Of a stretch of 64,000 bases of DNA, positions 37,601 through 51,900 are shown one piece after another (the first letter of the stretch is position 1; each line of letters starts with the position of its first letter). This stretch comes from Octopus sinensis. Its lineage: Eukaryota. Where the stretch lies: assembly GCF_006345805.1 (NCBI RefSeq), contig NW_021832528.1, positions 186,001-250,000 on the forward strand, read 5' to 3'. The notes below the pieces were generated by a model. The model worked only from the letters and a program-made list of their open reading frames with translations. It ran no database searches and was not told the origin of the DNA. The position numbers and the translations under genes are program-made.

Positions 37601-40600
37601 AACACAAAATTTTGTAGAACTATTGGGAGGTTCACATAAAAATTAAATTTTCATAATCCGCTTGTTATTCTTGTCCTACGTTACTATTTTTAATTACCCC
37701 AAAAAAATCAATTTTTGTTAATTGGAACAATCGTTAGCGCATTTGAGTGTTTACAAGTATAAGTTATGACAAATAGAAACTTCAGATTTAGGAGCTTGAC
37801 GTTTACTTTACAACCAACTTTGCTAACATCTATGAGACGGTCGTGGCCCATATTGAGGATATTTTTCAGTTGTACACTTCTCCATATAACTCTGGAAAAA
37901 CTGAACAGATCGAGATGTCATACTCAGTCGATCGAAAGTCTCAAATAATGCGAGCAAAATATTTTCTTTGCTGCTGACATCAGACAAATTTATCAGGTCT
38001 GGCTTATAGAAACTTAACAAAATGACTTTTAGTCAGTCAAATTTAGCGGAGTACAGCACAGTGAGGGCTTTAGTTGACATTTCTCTATTCGTTGGATAAC
38101 TCCATGTTTTCTACAGGTTTGAAATAAAATGTCGAACCAATAAATTGAGTGGATAGAGAAATGAGGGATTCCTTATTGTACACCATCCCTTCGCCAACAA
38201 CACTAAAAACTAACAGAATTAACAAAATAAAACAAACTCGGACAAAAAACGACCCAACTTTTTTAGCATGCTTAAAACTGCAGGGAACACAACAGATGAG
38301 ATAAAGTCTAAAATTAATAATAAATGACCCACCTTGGACTCAGTAGGAGGATGATTATAAGCAAAAATGACTGATCAAGTAAAGAATTCCTAGAGCATCT
38401 TTGAACATATTGCACAATGTCCATAAAATACTGATGCGAAGAATTTTTGGAGAGTTGTGCTGAAAATTAATTTAAAATATAAAACTAGAGAGAAAACCTG
38501 GGAATGTCTAACATAAAAAAGAACTTGTTTTTTTGAGTTGTCCAGAAAATTTTAGCTAATATAGTTATATTTTATTACTATTTAATTGTGTAATATTAAA
38601 ATTTAATTTGACTGATGTCACATGTTTTAGTGGGGACATGTAATAAAACATTTATTTCAAACAAATCACAAATATATAATTAGTAATTAATAAATATATA
38701 TAAGTGTTAATCTTGACGTTCTAAATTCATTTCTGTATTCAGAAATCTCATCAGACCTTTATAGAGTGAGTTATGAATTCGGTCCCTGATTTCTTTAGGA
38801 AGGTCTGAGAAGAAAACCGAGGTGATTTTCGAACTCAGGAGCAAATTTTAGTTAATTTAGTTATAAATTATTATGTTTTAAAGCGATTAAATTTGGTGAA
38901 TGTTAATTGTTTCTGGTGGCTGCACCACGTGCGATGACCTTCAAGGTCAAATTTGGATCTATTTGAGTCCCATATTGTAATATATCAAACCGCAAGTATC
39001 TTACTCAATTTGATCAAATACGTCAAAAAAACTTTCTTTAGTGGCAAGCAACATAATAAATCACTTTTAAAATAATAGCGTTCATATTCAAGTCTAAAAA
39101 TGCGTCTTTATTTTCACCAAAAAAAGCGCGAGATCTCCACTTTTGTGCAACCAATCGACCTGATTTTTTCAGGACAACTGCCTCCCATGATGGTCTACTA
39201 TATTAATCTGTTCGACCACCTCTAAACCTTTTTACTATCTCAAACTAAGGAACCATGTAACGTGTACTTAAAAGGTGAAACTTACTATGAAAATGAGAAA
39301 ATAAATAAAATCGGGGCCAAAATTTCCATACGCACTCAGGATCCTCGGGAGGTGGAAGGCTTTTTCAACGGTTCTCGATCGCCGTTATCCGGGGAACAGT
39401 TTAGCGATCCGTCAAGTCGCTGGTCCTCCCATCGATTGATCTCTTAATACTTTTGCGAAATACACTCAACCCTCTCAAATTGACCACAAATTCTTTTTAA
39501 TTATGAACATATTTAAGAAATGAATTGCTTAAATAATTAGTAAATTCTTGTCCTACTAACCTATTTACTGTGCTGAGTTCTCTCCATAAATGTCAGTAAA
39601 ACGTATCCATTGACTTCCCTATTACAATCTGAGGCTAGTCAGATATTCTCTGGGACTTTACGATTATCTATAAAAACATTTTTTAACATTAAAAGTGATC
39701 TTTATTAGTAATCGAAGGAAAGGTTAAAAGTCTTATTAGCTTTTTTAATTATAGAAGTGTCTGAATTATATAACTCCCAGTAAATCCGATTATGAATCCA
39801 AACATTCTATTAGTAGCCACGTTTGTGGGTTTCTTTATTGTTGAAATGGCCGGATTTTGTGATATGCAATTTTCAAGGCCAATTTTTATATCCTTAATAG
39901 CCATGTCCTTGCTACTTTCATCAGTTAGGAAAAAATTTTTCGTCATATGAAGATACCAGTTGCCAAAACACATGGACAATTTTTTTTGTCGTCGCGTCTA
40001 TAAAAGAATTTAAAATCATACAAACATTTCTTGAAGTTTCATAGCATTTAACGAATCTTCATTAACTCCAAATGATAGTAACAAATAATAAATGCTCTCC
40101 TTGGATATATAACTCTTAAATAGCTAATAAAATAAATACAATATTAGATGGAAATTCAATATTAGTATACGTTAAATCATCTGCTGCAAGTTCCAGATCT
40201 GAAGTTCCACTAATCATTAGCTTAGTTGAAATTTATACTATTTTATATGTATGTCCAAGTTTTTATCTTTGTTTTTTAATACTAGCGATATGAAGTCTAT
40301 AATTAAATTAGTTGTATTGCAATTTTTACACTTATTTAACCCTTGAAAGCCTAGTTTTGTTCTCTTCAAATTATATTTAAAATTTATCTCACTTGTCTTT
40401 TTCTTATTTTATGGTCTGTAAAAGTTTTAGCTTCTCTTTTTCTATGAGTTGAAGAAGTGAATATCCCAATTTTAAATAAAAATTTTTTTATTGTTGGTTT
40501 TAGTGAAAATAAATTAGTGAAGAAATCATCCTCTATCAACGTATTAGATTACTCAATCACTTACTTATTAGTTTTTTATCATATGTTAGAAAGACACGTA

Positions 40601-41139
40601 TATTAAAAAATTCGGCAAATAAATACATCAGTAAGGAAAAAACGTTATTCTAAAATTTATTTTATTAAGTTCGTACATATTCGATTGGGACAAAAATATC
40701 ATTAATCTCAAAACTGACCATTTTTTCAAATGTTCTAATTGAATTAAACAGTCAGATTTACAGATGTAAATCTAGCTTCATCTGAAACATCGTGGTATTT
40801 GTAAAAACCATTTCTAGTTTTGTTAACTTATCGGGTTCTTGATTAAACACATTTGGAATAAAGAGAAGTGAGAAGATTAGCAACATGACTCGCCACTGAC
40901 TGCATAAACTCGATTTATATTGCAATAAGAACGCAATTTAATTCGAATTCCTGACATAACTTGTGAATAAGTCATTTGATTTTTTCCGCAGTGGCGCCCA
41001 TAGGATTAGACTTTCCATAAAGAGCAAAATCTGGCATATAACACCATAAGAAAATCTGTAAATAAACAATAAATTTAATCAATTTTAAGTATGAAAACAT
41101 TTTTACATGAGTTTTTATTTTCATCTTCTATCGCTCCAG

Positions 41140-41600
41140 TGCTTAACTGGGATGGTCAGAGGGACTGACTTAGGCCTTCTCTAAAAGGGCATACCAGAAT
41201 TCGTCTTTCCGTGCGGATTGCATAAACATGAGTTTAGCGTTGAAAGTAGGAAGTCTGTCTTCCACCACCACTTGTTTGAATTCTCCAAAGTACCAGAACA
41301 TGAATCGAAATACTCCAAATTACTCACATCCCTCGAATGTTTGCTCCATTGGGACGACTTTGGCAAACAGGCGTGGGTAGTAGTGAGGACTGCCACTGCT
41401 GCCAACATCCAACAATCACCTGACAATCTATTTTATGACAATTCACCAAAAGATCCATGAATAATGTCAAACCTCGAGGGTCCGTTGACTATGAAATTGG
41501 GATTCGGGACAATTTCCTGGCATAATTAAGTCTTGGACTGACCCACGTGACTTTCCTTGGATTGTTTTGATATAAAATAGAGAAGAATTAGTGTCAAACT
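41140..41600 (-). pseudogene. Calpain (CysPc catalytic domain) pseudogene fragment
   Basis: EIVPNPNFIVNGPSRFDIIHGSFG|DCWMLAAVAVLT...[23 protein letters not shown]...[10 protein letters not shown]. Introns at 41420-41446 (27 nt) and ~41517-41542 (26 nt); frameshift and stop. Confidence 0.88.
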
Positions 41601-42949
41601 ATATAGGTCAGGATTGCGTAGTGCAGAACAGCGCCTATAGTCGTGCACTCCCGCCGAAATTTTTCGCTCGGGTAATATATCCCCAAAAGATCACAAATAG
41701 CAACAACATTGAAATTTCAAGATTGAGCAAAAATATTTGGAAATTGTACTTAAGGTAAAGCCTGGAAACAAATATTGACCATATTACTTTAGGTCATATG
41801 AAAAAATGGCAAATGAAATCAAAATGACGACAATTGACAGAAAAATTCTAACAATCGTAACGTAGGAGATGGCACTGATTTCTTGTTTCACCCGAGTATA
41901 CGATTCCCTTAATCAAAAATTAACAAAGTTACAAATAAAACAGCGAAACTTGTCAAATGACAAAAGGTTTATTTTCCACATAAGTTTGTCCTCTTTTGAA
42001 ATTTATTTTATATTGGTCGTCGAGTAGTTAGTTGGATTTATCTTGAAATAAATAATCTTTTTTTATTTATGACACGATTGAATGTTATTTTCATACAACC
42101 CACAAGTTGATTGAATACTACGGACAATTGCATCGACTGGGGAGAGACCTCGTCGACAATGTATGGTAGAGATTGGTCTTGTTTAGAATAACAAGCCTTA
42201 TAAAAATAGCCAAAAAGTGAAACATGCCATAATTATTCGAGTTTGTTTCATAGGATAGTTCCACAAATATATTTGATATATTTTTTGTAAATCTTGCTGG
42301 AATGAGTATCGTCGAGAACACAGCAATGTTTGGTTTGGATATTTTAAAGTCTCTAATTTCATTGCTTGGCTTAAATAATGAATGGCGGAATCAACATATA
42401 AATATGATCGAGCTCATATGTATAGATAAGTTTGCAAGGATTGCTGAAGCTGATTTAGACGTTCCGTCATTATCAAATTTTGGAAATTTAATAATAAAAA
42501 GTGTATATAATTTGAAGAAAAATATAAAATATTGTACATCTGATATATAATGTTATAAACAACACAGATAATAATCATGATTAAATCATGATTTTGATTT
42601 ATACAGGGACTGGGGACATGCAAGAATAAATTGGATAGAAAATTTAAAGAACTTGTACGAGCAAACAAATGATGACACAGATATTAACGACATGTACATA
42701 GAAAAATTAACTTCAATTATCTGAGTTCTTAAATGACAAATCTCATTCTTTAAACAAGTCAGAGCTAAGAGATGCACTTTGAAAGAAAAATATTGGGAGA
42801 TCAAACCAATGTCTTCCATCCTCTCTAAAATGTTCATACAAACAACACTATTCTGTGTGACATAATTTTCATACAAACAACACATTACAAACAATACCAA
42901 ATGAACGATTCCAAGTAAACTTTGACACGAATTCCAACAGAATTTAACT

Positions 42950-43100
42950 TTGACACGAAATCTTTATAAACTCATGAGTGAGAATCAACAACAAACTGGA
43001 TCCAATTTATTAAGCGAAGCACTTTCATATATAAACACAACTATTCATTCTTCAATAAACGAAACATTATTTAAAATTTTCCACAGTAGAATGGGAAGGT
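42950..43100 (+). mobile_element. Gypsy/Ginger-like integrase C-terminal remnant
   Basis: LSYINTTIHSSINET.FKIFHSR resembles the N...HS....TPF...GR motif. Confidence 0.45.
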
Positions 43101-43109
43101 TGTCATCCC

Positions 43110-43490
43110 ATCCAAGCGCTTGCCGACTCCCCTAACCAGACCACCTGGTTGAAGTACATTGGGGAAACCAGGAGCAATAAATGCTTTTGTAATGATGTCG
43201 TTAAGTACTTCATGACGAAACAAGCGGCTTCGCTCCGGCGGCACGAGAGGGGTTGCAGACCTTTCACATACTTCTGGATCACACCGATGGGGGGTGTAGA
43301 TATCAAGACCTAACCGGAGAGCAACTTCAATCTGGAGGGTCTCTTCATTCAATAACGAGCCCGTTAATAGGGTCGGAAAGCGTCGAGTCAGGACCCAATG
43401 TTTGTGTGCTGCGTAAAGCAAGCATGCCAGCCGGTGTTAATCCATTAGTGCCTGTAGACTGAGAGTAGCATTGCAGGCGCGCGTCCACCT
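43110..43490 (-). mobile_element. CRE-clade REL fragment
   Basis: LNEETLQIEVALRLG, RHEVLNDII.KA and LVRGVGKRLDGMT motifs. Confidence 0.8.
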
Positions 43491-44563
43491 TCCCTTTCCT
43501 CCCCCTCCCACTTTTTTGAACAAAAATAAATTTTTTAATAATGTATATTAATTATAAAATTAGGTTAATAAAATAAAATTTACAACAAGCTATTTGATGT
43601 GGTATTGGCGTTATTAATAAAATGTAGAATTATTAATGCTGGATAACCTAAGTTCTCTAATAAATAATAACGATCCCGTAAAAATAAGGGCATTATAAAA
43701 ATATATAACTTATTTTAGTCATTATTTGTTGCAACAGCCATTACTGGTACTGCACTATTTTGCCACAGACTTCGTCTGGTAAAATTTCATAAAAAACAGC
43801 ATTTTTAATAGTTTACTAAATTTTGTTCAGTTTCCGATATTCCGAGACATTTTGTCAAAAACCGAGTTAAAATATCGGGGACCGTACACCACGTTGACCT
43901 TGAAGGGTCAATCCATATAAATGTCCGTCCTCGGTTATTTTCGTTTTTTCCACTACGGAAAAATAACTTTGATCTCATTCCAGCAAAATTATTGTATATT
44001 CGACTCACTGATGTTGGGGTGTCATGGCTGGCAAAAAATGTCACAAATCAATCATGTAGGCTTAAATTGGAGGATTCGGATGGTCGGGTTGTTTATGGGC
44101 AGCTTTATATAGTATTTATATGTCTAATAGGCTATTAGGGACGTTTTAATTTGACTAATTTGAATGTCTATCTTGTGAAGAGAGGATTGGCTTTGCCCAT
44201 ACTTTTTAAAAGTTGCGTATACCACAAAGAGCGTTATATGAAAAAACTACAAAATGCTGAACGAATTGCTAAGAGAATGAACCGTGGTGAATGGAGGAAG
44301 CCCTTGTTACAACATTTATTAGAATTTATCAATTTAAGGAATTGATATTTTCATTACAAATATAATTTTTTTCTTTCTTTATTTCATATTCTCGTCCTGT
44401 AGATAAATTTCGCTTCTCTCTCATTGGTCCGTCCAGATGGCAGTGAGGACTCCATTAAATTTAAAAGTAGTATAATTCTTGTATTTTTATTTGGTGTTAG
44501 ATAATAATTCAAGTTCCAGGGTGTACAATTTCATGTCAATTTTTAAAATTGGTTTTGCAGATA

Positions 44564-44960
44564 CAGTCAACCCTCGTAAATCCGAAAAATTCAAATCGAC
44601 CTTCCCTCCGGATTATGAAGGAATCCAAAATTTATATGATTGTTAAATAAATTATCAAATTTGTGATCAAATTACTAATCTGTTTACAAACACAATTATT
44701 TATTGAAAAAATCGAATAAAGCTCTTTGTATAGTGTTTTTTAATTAATTTTGGTAAATCATCTGAGATGTGTTTCAAATTTTTAACAGTACCGTTTGTTA
44801 TATTTTGAGAAAAGCAAAAACTTATGTTAATGACAATTTAAATTGCATCAAATAAAGTGGTCGGACTAAGTAACTCTCATCGACCTTCAGCATTAGGTAT
44901 TATATCCCCAACAGTGTATTCTTCTTGAAACAGTGCAATAATTTCATCGTCTAAATTATA
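44564..44960 (-). mobile_element. Tigger-like remnant with one TIR
   Basis: TA|CAGTCAACCCTCG terminus and an acidic C-terminal peptide DDEIIALFQEE. Confidence 0.45.
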
Positions 44961-45399
44961 TGTATAAAAAATTAACTTCTCGTAAAATAATTTGTATTTG
45001 AATATTGTATTTTATCGATTATGACACACAGATTTTTATTATGTAATTAATCCCAATAAATGGGGTGCGTTTAATGATCAATGACTAAAATAAATTACCA
45101 ATTTTTGCTCGGTACGATTATAAATTTTCGGTTTTGTCATCTCATAAAGCCGATCGGAAAGCCGAATCGATAACCTTTATTTTACACTACAGATAACTAC
45201 AGTAATTGCCGTGTCGCCGATTTCCTACTGTAGAAACTTTTGAAACGAAAATTTGTTCTTCGTTATTGAAGGAGCATTTACAAAGGCAAAGGACAGACTT
45301 TTAAAAAGCCTTCATTCATGGAAATTTAAATAACATCTTTTTTGAATAAATTACATTACTAGAACAACCTTAGTGTTAGATAGGAGAATATGCCTAACT

Positions 45400-45870
45400 A
45401 CACCAATATGCATATAAATAGCAACTATAAAGTCATTGACTCAATCGACCGTCTCATTGTCAGTTCAATAGCTCTCAGAGCATCAAGCCGGAAAGGAATC
45501 CTCACCAAGTTGTCTCTTAGAGTCTACAATTCGTCTCTTTCCCATTGGTCCGTCCAGATGGCAGTGAGGACTCCATTCGAGACACGACAAGTCATCCCCG
45601 AACAAGTAATTTCAAATTCTCTGGTTTTTCCAAAATTCCAATCCCGATCTGCGAATTGTCGTCCGAACACTTCCCTCTGACAAACATCCGCCTCCCGCAC
45701 ATTCGGATACAGTTCGAAGAAATACGACACAATGGAGCCAACAACGTCATCAACCGACAATAATAAACAAATATCATTGAGACAGACGTTTTCTATTTGA
45801 AGCATATCTTCTTCAATCATAATTTGGTCTAGCTCATTAAGGTGTCATTTTAATTGATCCAGTTGCATTA
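45400..45870 (-). other. Unidentified ORF (relatively GC-rich), partial copy at 44405-44460
   Basis: 98-aa ORF that continues past one stop; duplicated block cattggtccgtccagatggcagtgaggactccatt. Confidence 0.3.
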
Positions 45871-46149
45871 GAACATTAACCAACAGTTATTCGAACTTTA
45901 GATTGTTTTACGCCTTTTCTCTGGCTTAATGATATCGTTCTTGTATGAAATGCTTAAAAATTACTTTGCTTTAGTAAAAATAATTTCATCAGTCAGGTAA
46001 CCGTCAATAGCATCCATTCGAGATATCCATTTTATCAATGAATTCTCAAGCAGATAATGATTTTTAGAAACTTGTCTATAGTAAGTGTTTGAGCTCTCAC
46101 TATTTTTCCATTGTTCTTTATTTTTCAAATTTCAGATAATGTAGAATTT

Positions 46150-46500
46150 CCTAGATCCAGGTCGAAGAGTTTTCCACATCTACAACGGTGCGGCTGGCAA
46201 ATCTCCATGCCAAGCCGTAAACAGATTCCAATGCGGATTAATTCGTTGTCCAGGAACATACCGGCTGACAAGATCGGTAACGAACTTTGAACAGACGGAA
46301 TGTTTAAGCTCCCGAGAAACCCATTTGTTGACACCAGCCGCATATTCCAACAACTCGCACTGTTCAGAAAAGCGAAAAAGAACAGAGTTGACGAAATTAG
46401 TGAAAGCGGACAAAGATGATATAACACGGAAGGGATAAATCACGGCAAGAGCGAATACCGATACCCCCATAACGAATGGACAAATTAACACGCAGCATAT
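46150..46500 (-). mobile_element. CRE-clade REL fragment
   Basis: SLPILSAGMFLDNELIRIGICLRLGMEICQPHRCRCG, nearly the same as 31540-31660. Confidence 0.85.
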
Positions 46501-46834
46501 CACCAGATTTGAATTTGATATTTACCAGTAGCTCAAGGGCTTTGGAAACCAGATTATCGAGGCGAGTCCTTTTTCTAACTATAGAATTACGAAAAACGTG
46601 CTGTTAATTAAATTTGAAAAAATTTTTTAATAATAATAAACAAAATTAATCCGAAATTATATTAATTCAAGCGTTCGGAATGCGGATTATTGAATTTTCG
46701 GAGCATTAAATCAAATTTGGGAGGAAAAAGTTAGAAAATTTATAATTTCAATTAAAAGATTCGGATTAATGAAGTTTTCGGATTATTTACCATTTCACAT
46801 TTATAAAGAAAGTAATCTTAATGTTCTAAATTGA

Positions 46835-47092
46835 GAAGTTTACGACAATCCTCATTGTCAAAACTGTGGAAATCACTTCGTAGTGGTCGTCGGTTATGGA
46901 ACTAAGAATGGAAAAGAGTATTGGTTGGTCAAAAATAGGTACAGTCGATCGTCTTATTGGCAGTTGGTCTCGTTACTACAGAAAGAAAGGTTATATAAGA
47001 ATGTCAAGAAATAAGAACAATCAGTGTGGGATCGGACGACGCAATCTTTACCCAATTTTAGAATCAATATTTTCTGATTATTTACACTTTTA
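46835..47092 (+). pseudogene. Cathepsin L-like C-terminal fragment
   Basis: NHFVVVVGYG.KNGKEYWLVKNS|W....GYIRMSRNKNNQCGI..YP with a 25-nt intron at 46939-46963; no upstream exons recognised. Confidence 0.85.
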
Positions 47093-47139
47093 ATTCATAT
47101 TATTTATCAAAACAATTTTTTATTGGAGACTTTATTTCC

Positions 47140-47610
47140 TATATTCATTTCCAACAGTTTTCAACTTGGGGTTGCACAGATACGGAACTGACACGTCTTA
47201 ACAGTTTCCACAGAGGACAATTGAGCAAATTTCGAGTCGTTATACAGAAAGTGTTCTACAAGGCCACTTTGCATTGACATTGCTGAATCCCACTGGAAGC
47301 TATTTGAGCACATACTGCGAATGGACCACTCCGCACCCGCAAATACGGTGATGGAGGATTACTTCCAATGCGACAAACCACGGTTCCGGGGACGCCTACG
47401 CACTACGTTATTTATCGTTCTGAACGTAGAATTCGCCCAAATTAAATCCTGTCTCAAGACCGTTGATGACTTTGACAGGCTGCGGCTCACAGCGCTTAAC
47501 CGAGGAAAATGGAGGAGACTTGTTACTAACATTGTTTTGGGTGTTGCACAGGTGAGACTATAATTATTATGGCCCTACAATAAGTGCGTTGATAATAATA
47601 ATAATTTTCA
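47140..47610 (+). mobile_element. LINE 3' end with (TAA)n tail
   Basis: HILRMDHSAPAN...RGR.RTTL...ALNRGKWRRLV C-terminal pattern followed by ataataataataat. Confidence 0.7.
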
Positions 47611-49404
47611 AAATAATTAGTAAAGTAGTAAGACTTAATCACACAGACATAACATCCAACCACTGCCTGATTTGATCATAACCCTCAGTGCCCAATTGAT
47701 TCTCTACGGCAGTCATATCTTAATTGACTCCCAGATCACCCACTCATACCACACAGGATAACTCGACATAACTCTTTCTTAGATATATTCCCCGAAATCA
47801 ATTCAACCACAGCCCGAAACTTGTCTCAAATCTTTAGACATTTACTCAACTCAAAAGACTAAGCACTTCAGTAGGCAGGGACAACTCTTCTATTGACATA
47901 TTGCAAATCTTGAAATTTTAGGTTAATAAACTAGATTGTAGGGAATGGGACTTTAACTTTCCAATTTGCTCCAAACTGTGTGCAAATAAATGCATTTAAA
48001 ACCTCGTTGCGCCTCCTCACGCTGTGCCTGTTTAAAATTCTGTTGCACTAATGTCTTTTTAATTTTCATGCAATAATTGCACAGCGCATCACGAGCAAAA
48101 ATAAACAAATTTCTATCTTGAAAACGGCAATAAAAAGCTTCACTACTTGGTGTATGTTCCCTTTATTCAACCACTCACTAGAAATTTCGAGATCAACATT
48201 AGAACCCCTTCTCACCGGAACAAGACAGAATGAAATGACTTGTTCTTAATTTTGTTCAATAAATATGCACAAGAGCCTCTCTCAGAGATTTGCCAGTGAT
48301 AAATAGTTTATTAGCTATTTCATATTTAGAAGCAAGAATCCAGGATCGATACTATATGCGGTTTCTGTTTTTAATAACCAACAGGATCCAACTTCCTGAG
48401 ACAGATAGCTGACTTCTTTAGGGTATCTAATAACTGAAGCAGCATTAATTTAGTTTTAAAAGCAATTGATGTCAACCCCTTTCCATGCTCTTTCTTGCAA
48501 ATTAAGCCGCTCTTTATTGGCAGAATTGAGGTGTATTTTTAGTATAATGTATAGTCTTCGTGTTTGGAGATCAATATAATCAAATTAAAAATTTTTAATA
48601 TTGATTAATCCAATTTAATAGTTATATAGAGACAGGACATACTTATTAATTGGTTTGAAATTATTTTTTGTTTTTATACGTTCCTTCTTTGGTCCTCATG
48701 TACTCTAAAATATCTATAGATTTTGACTCCATCCAGAGTTCTGCAGTTCTTCAATGATCCTAGATTAATCGATGACTTGTGGGAATTCATCTCAAGCCTC
48801 AAAACTTCAAAGTATACAACAATATAATATCCATCATTTTAATTACAGCTTGATACCGGTAACCCTTCTATCCACGACACCAAATGGCTTAAAGGGAAGC
48901 TCCTTTAAAAAAAGCAATCATTGTTTTGAAGTCAAAGTCAGGGAAACTTTTATCTCCTGATACTTGTCTATAAAAATTTTTTCAATTCAATTCAAAGCAC
49001 CAGGTCTTTTGAAATTTGGTAGGGATTCATGTATTAATATCTTCTTTTCTTTTATTCTAATCATAAGATATGCATTTATTTCTTTAAATGCACCTTTTCT
49101 ATGAATTTAATATTTTCTTAAGAGAAACTTGTTTCAAGCTGATTCCATTTATTTAGTCATTTTGAGCTGATATATCAATAGTGATTTGCATTTTTATTCT
49201 GCGCGGTATTCCATTATCAAGTTCGGAAGTACAAAAAGTTGTGACATTCTTCGATTAAATTGAACATTTTATATCAAAGGAAATTTCCATTTAGTCCTCC
49301 AGTGAAAGCAGCTTGTGGTTCATTAATCGTATGCATGAAATTTTAACTAAAACGTCTCTTTATTGCCGAATCCGTTTAGATCTGTTAACGATAGAATCCA
49401 CATA

Positions 49405-49919
49405 CAGTCTAACCTCTTTTTGGGGCAAAAACAGGGGTTTCCCCAGATAGAGGGGTTTTCTAATATTAACGAAAAAAACTAACGTTTTGTTAATTTAAAA
49501 CCAAAAGATGTTTATTCTTAATTTCATTTAACAATTTTAGTCTTTACTTGTCGGGAAATAATCCGTTATTTTCGCTCCGAATTGGTACTTTTGAATTAAT
49601 CGATCCATTGTCAAATTAATCGATCCAAAACGACCTTGTCGAGAAATGAATGTTTATCACTATTATCGGGTTCTCTGAAGCCCTCAGAACCTTCACATCC
49701 ATCAAAATTACATCCATCAAAACAACAGAAACACGTTATTATTAGTTATTATAAAATAAAATTCAAAAATTATAACTAAAAAATATATATAATATTAAAT
49801 GCCCCATAACGGGGTTTTCTTATAAAGAATAAACAGAAAAACTCCTAATAGAAATTCAAATTGCCCCAAAACCCGAGGGTGCCCCACGTCCGGGGTCGCC
49901 CCAATAAGGGGTTGCACTG
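49405..49919. mobile_element. pogo/Tigger-type MITE
   Basis: TA-flanked imperfect TIRs CAGTCTAACCTCTTTTTTGGGGC / GCCCCAATAAGGGGTTGCACTG. Confidence 0.7.
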
Positions 49920-50599
49920 TATCCAAAAAAAATTTTTAATAGAATTCGGCTTCAATGTTTAAGTTGATGTTTTAGTTAGTTTCTAAATTAAAAAAATCCA
50001 CTCTAGATGATTATTAATACAATTGTATAGCGTCAACACTAATGTTTGCGTTTTCGATATTAAAGCTGAAAGAAAACCCTACAACATTGGTAAATAATAA
50101 TAGCTAATTGATTATTTACAAATGCGGAAAAAAAAATTAATTTCCAGGAATAGTTTGGAAAATATATAAAAATATATTTTCATTTGATTATAAACGTAAT
50201 ACAAATTGCAAAATACCTTTGGGAGAAAAAATTTCAACCTCTTTAAATTAAGACAATTTGGTCGATCCTTTATACTATAAAGGACACCTTTAGAGAGAGA
50301 GACTTATTATTTATATAAATAATGCTCCAATCTATTAAAAAGAAATTTTAAAGGCATACGAGTAGAAAATACATTAAAAAGGTTTTATGGACCATATTTT
50401 TCTCAACTTAATACATGCAAAAATTTTCTTAAATGATGTCAAAATTGATTCAAAGTCTGTTGACACCAATTTCAAAACTAGCATGGTTTCTTTTGCTGTT
50501 CCCGGGGGTTCTGCAACAGATGCTACGTAATTAAATTGAATATTCTATTGTTAAAGATAAATATTTCTCTATCAAATTAGATTTATAAAATGTCATAAT

Positions 50600-51640
50600 A
50601 GTCAAAATAGATATAAAAATAGCAAAATTGAACTAAAATGGGATGTAAAAGATACGGCTCACAGACGATCTAATATGCCCAGAGAAATAAGTTTAAAAGT
50701 ATATTTAAAATTTAATAAATTTAAAAATTTCTCTAATCAAATAGAAAATTCGACGAAAGTACAAAACTCACCATGCTCAAGAATACAATAACTGAAAAAA
50801 TGAGAAAGGATAAGCACTACTTTACGTTTGCAGAATCAATCTTCTTTTTCCAAATTTCGATGTGACAGTGAGGCAGCTGTCAAAACTAGACTTGGCATTT
50901 TGGTGGATATTACAGATCATCTAAATCAGCGGTTCTCAAATGCGGCCCGCAGGATTTTTTTTGCGGCCCCTCTAGAGTAACTAACTTTTTTAATTTTTTA
51001 ATAATGTTAAAATTTAATTATTTATTCTTAAGGTTAAAATAAACTTTAAATAAACTATTTTAGCGTGGCATTTTTTATTCTTCACTGCATAATTCACCAG
51101 GAAAATCATATCGCCAAGTCAATTAAAATGGAACATGTTTCCAAAAAAGTCGTTAATATTGTTAATTGGATACGCTCAAAAGCGCTCAATCACCGATTTT
51201 AAATCTTTTTTGGAAGAGTTGATGCTGAGTATGAGATGTTATTCTTCATACTGAAGTGAGGTGGTTAAGTCGTTCGAAATGCCTTAATAGGTACAGTATA
51301 TAATTTTATTAAAGGTTCTATAAATTGTTTCCAGAAATTAAGGAGTTTACCAAAGACAAAGTAATTTTCGATGATCTTTAAGATGAAAGATGGATTGCCG
51401 ATTTGGTTTTTTATGTTGATTTAAGCACGCATTTGTCGGATCTCAATGTTGAATTACAAGGAAAAGGCAAACTCTGTTATCAGTTATATGGATATATTTC
51501 TTCGTTTATCGAAAAATTATATTTATGGATGACTTCCCTTAAAGAGGGAGATACATCTCATTTTTATTCACTATCTGAAAACAACGAAGGCGCTGCTTAT
51601 GAAAAATACATATCCATAATTGGTGATTAATTAATCAATT
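50600..51640 (+). mobile_element. Nested Buster-type hAT remnants
   Basis: A ...LVDITDHLN remnant is interrupted at ATCTAAAT by a TIR start CAGCGGTTCTCAAA (50927). Internal SLHCIIHQE, EVRWLSRSKC and DLVFYVDLSTHL motifs follow. Confidence 0.75.
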
Positions 51641-51686
51641 TGAAGCACGTGGGGTACATTTATATAAATTTAATTTTTAGAATTTT

Positions 51687-51900
51687 ATGTCATGGATTGA
51701 AATGATGGAAACCAGAAGAGCAATTCTTAATGATTCGATTATTCTTACAAAGGCTGAAGACTTTGCGAAGAAACGTCAAATAACTGAGTTTAAAGCCAGT
51801 CGTCGATGGCTTGAAAAATTTAAAAGAAGACATGGGTTAAAATTGAAGAAACTTTATGGAGAATCTTCTACAGAGAATTCTCAAATTCTGAAAGAAGAGG
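51687..51900 (+). mobile_element. Tigger/CENP-B HTH remnant
   Basis: IILTKAEDFA....FKASRRWLEKFKRRHGL...LYGES. Confidence 0.8.

Noticed and set aside
50200-50530. M1 aminopeptidase N-terminal remnant
   Set aside because: The resemblance is vague and there is no HEXXH or GAMEN motif.
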